A stretch of 6,943 nt of DNA from a virus (lineage: Duplodnaviria; Heunggongvirae; Uroviricota; Caudoviricetes): the IMG/VR virus record IMGVR_UViG_648276647_000010, positions 1 through 6,943 of that record; one strand, given 5' to 3'. The notes beneath the pieces are model-generated. The model was not told the DNA's origin. It saw only the letters and a program-made list of their open reading frames with translations, and searched no databases. Below are positions 6,404-6,943 of this stretch, in pieces. The translations under genes were made by a program, and so were the position numbers. How positions within the stretch are numbered: the stretch's first letter is position 1; each line of letters opens with the position of its first letter.

Positions 6404-6943
6404 TTACCCTCTGAATCCTGGTGGAATTTGGCTGTCAGGTTCACTGACCGTATTCACATCTCGTTTCGGCAGTCCGCCGTTGCTGGCACGACCGATTTGC
6501 AGGCTGCGCGCCAGTTTTTGTTGCCACTGCACATGGTGAAAGACTTTGCCTTCCGCCTGCCAGTAGGCAATGAATGACGCCAGTTCTTCGGCGGTCACCG
6601 GCTCTCTTAGTGCCACGCCCCATAGCGCCGCCAGGCGGATAAAGTCGGCATCGGGTTGCCAGTCCGGATACATGGCAAATTTCCCCATGGGTACGGCAAC
6701 GGGAGCGGTTTGCGGTTCCTGATAGAGTTGATCGTCCAGGGCCACGTCACTTCCCGGACGCGCCAGCTTTTCTTCCAGCGCCAGCAGTTCAGCCAGGCGT
6801 GCAGGCGTGATGGCATAAAACGCCGGGGCATTGTTAGCAAATACGGCAACCACACCGCCTTCAGCTTTTGCCAGAACGGTTTGGTGATCGTGTACCAGGG
6901 CGTCAATACCAACGACGTCCGGGGTCAAAACTCTGGAAGACAT
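6404..6943 (-). CDS. dnaT: Primosomal protein 1 (DnaT)
   Basis: 179-aa ORF ([30 protein letters not shown]...) immediately upstream of and co-directional with dnaC. Its ATG is the reverse complement of the last three bases of the window, so the CDS is complete but its promoter is outside the window. Confidence 0.9.
   Translation of the reverse strand: MSSRVLTPDVVGIDALVHDHQTVLAKAEGGVVAVFANNAPAFYAITPARLAELLALEEKLARPGSDVALDDQLYQEPQTAPVAVPMGKFAMYPDWQPDADFIRLAALWGVALREPVTAEELASFIAYWQAEGKVFHHVQWQQKLARSLQIGRASNGGLPKRDVNTVSEPDSQIPPGFRG

Noticed and set aside
5220-6912. ORFs antisense to or out of frame with yjjA, dnaC and dnaT (5220..5417+, 5326..5631+, 5595..6029+, 5707..6183+, 6348..6539+, 6441..6623-, 6607..6912-)
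   Set aside because: They overlap strongly supported conserved genes and have no start-site signals or recognisable motifs.
1-6943. CRISPR arrays, tRNA or rRNA genes, IS elements
   Set aside because: No regularly spaced direct repeats with unique spacers, no tRNA-like T-arm signatures, and no transposase-like ORF with terminal inverted repeats were seen. The only repeats are the short ones reported above.

Overview
The window joins two different kinds of DNA. Positions ~1-1850 carry the right-end module of a Mu-type transposable phage: the tip of the invertible G segment with a silent tail-fibre variable exon on the minus strand, a gix crossover site, the serine invertase gin, the Dam/OxyR- and C-controlled mom promoter region, the zinc-finger translational activator com, and the DNA-modification gene mom. 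Positions ~2576-6943 are a conserved Escherichia/Shigella-type core block on the minus strand, dnaT -> dnaC -> yjjA -> opgB (mdoB), all recognised from protein sequence. Between them (~1850-2575) lie an AT-rich orphan gene for a small secreted protein and a repeat-dense intergenic region. No canonical Mu right end (attR) is recognisable after mom, so the phage module looks like a remnant or a variant junction. All gene identities are from recall of protein sequences and motifs, not from a database search. No tRNA, rRNA, CRISPR array or IS element was seen. The most interesting items are the chromosomally embedded gin-com-mom module with its intact multilayer regulation, the missing attR, and the orphan secreted protein.
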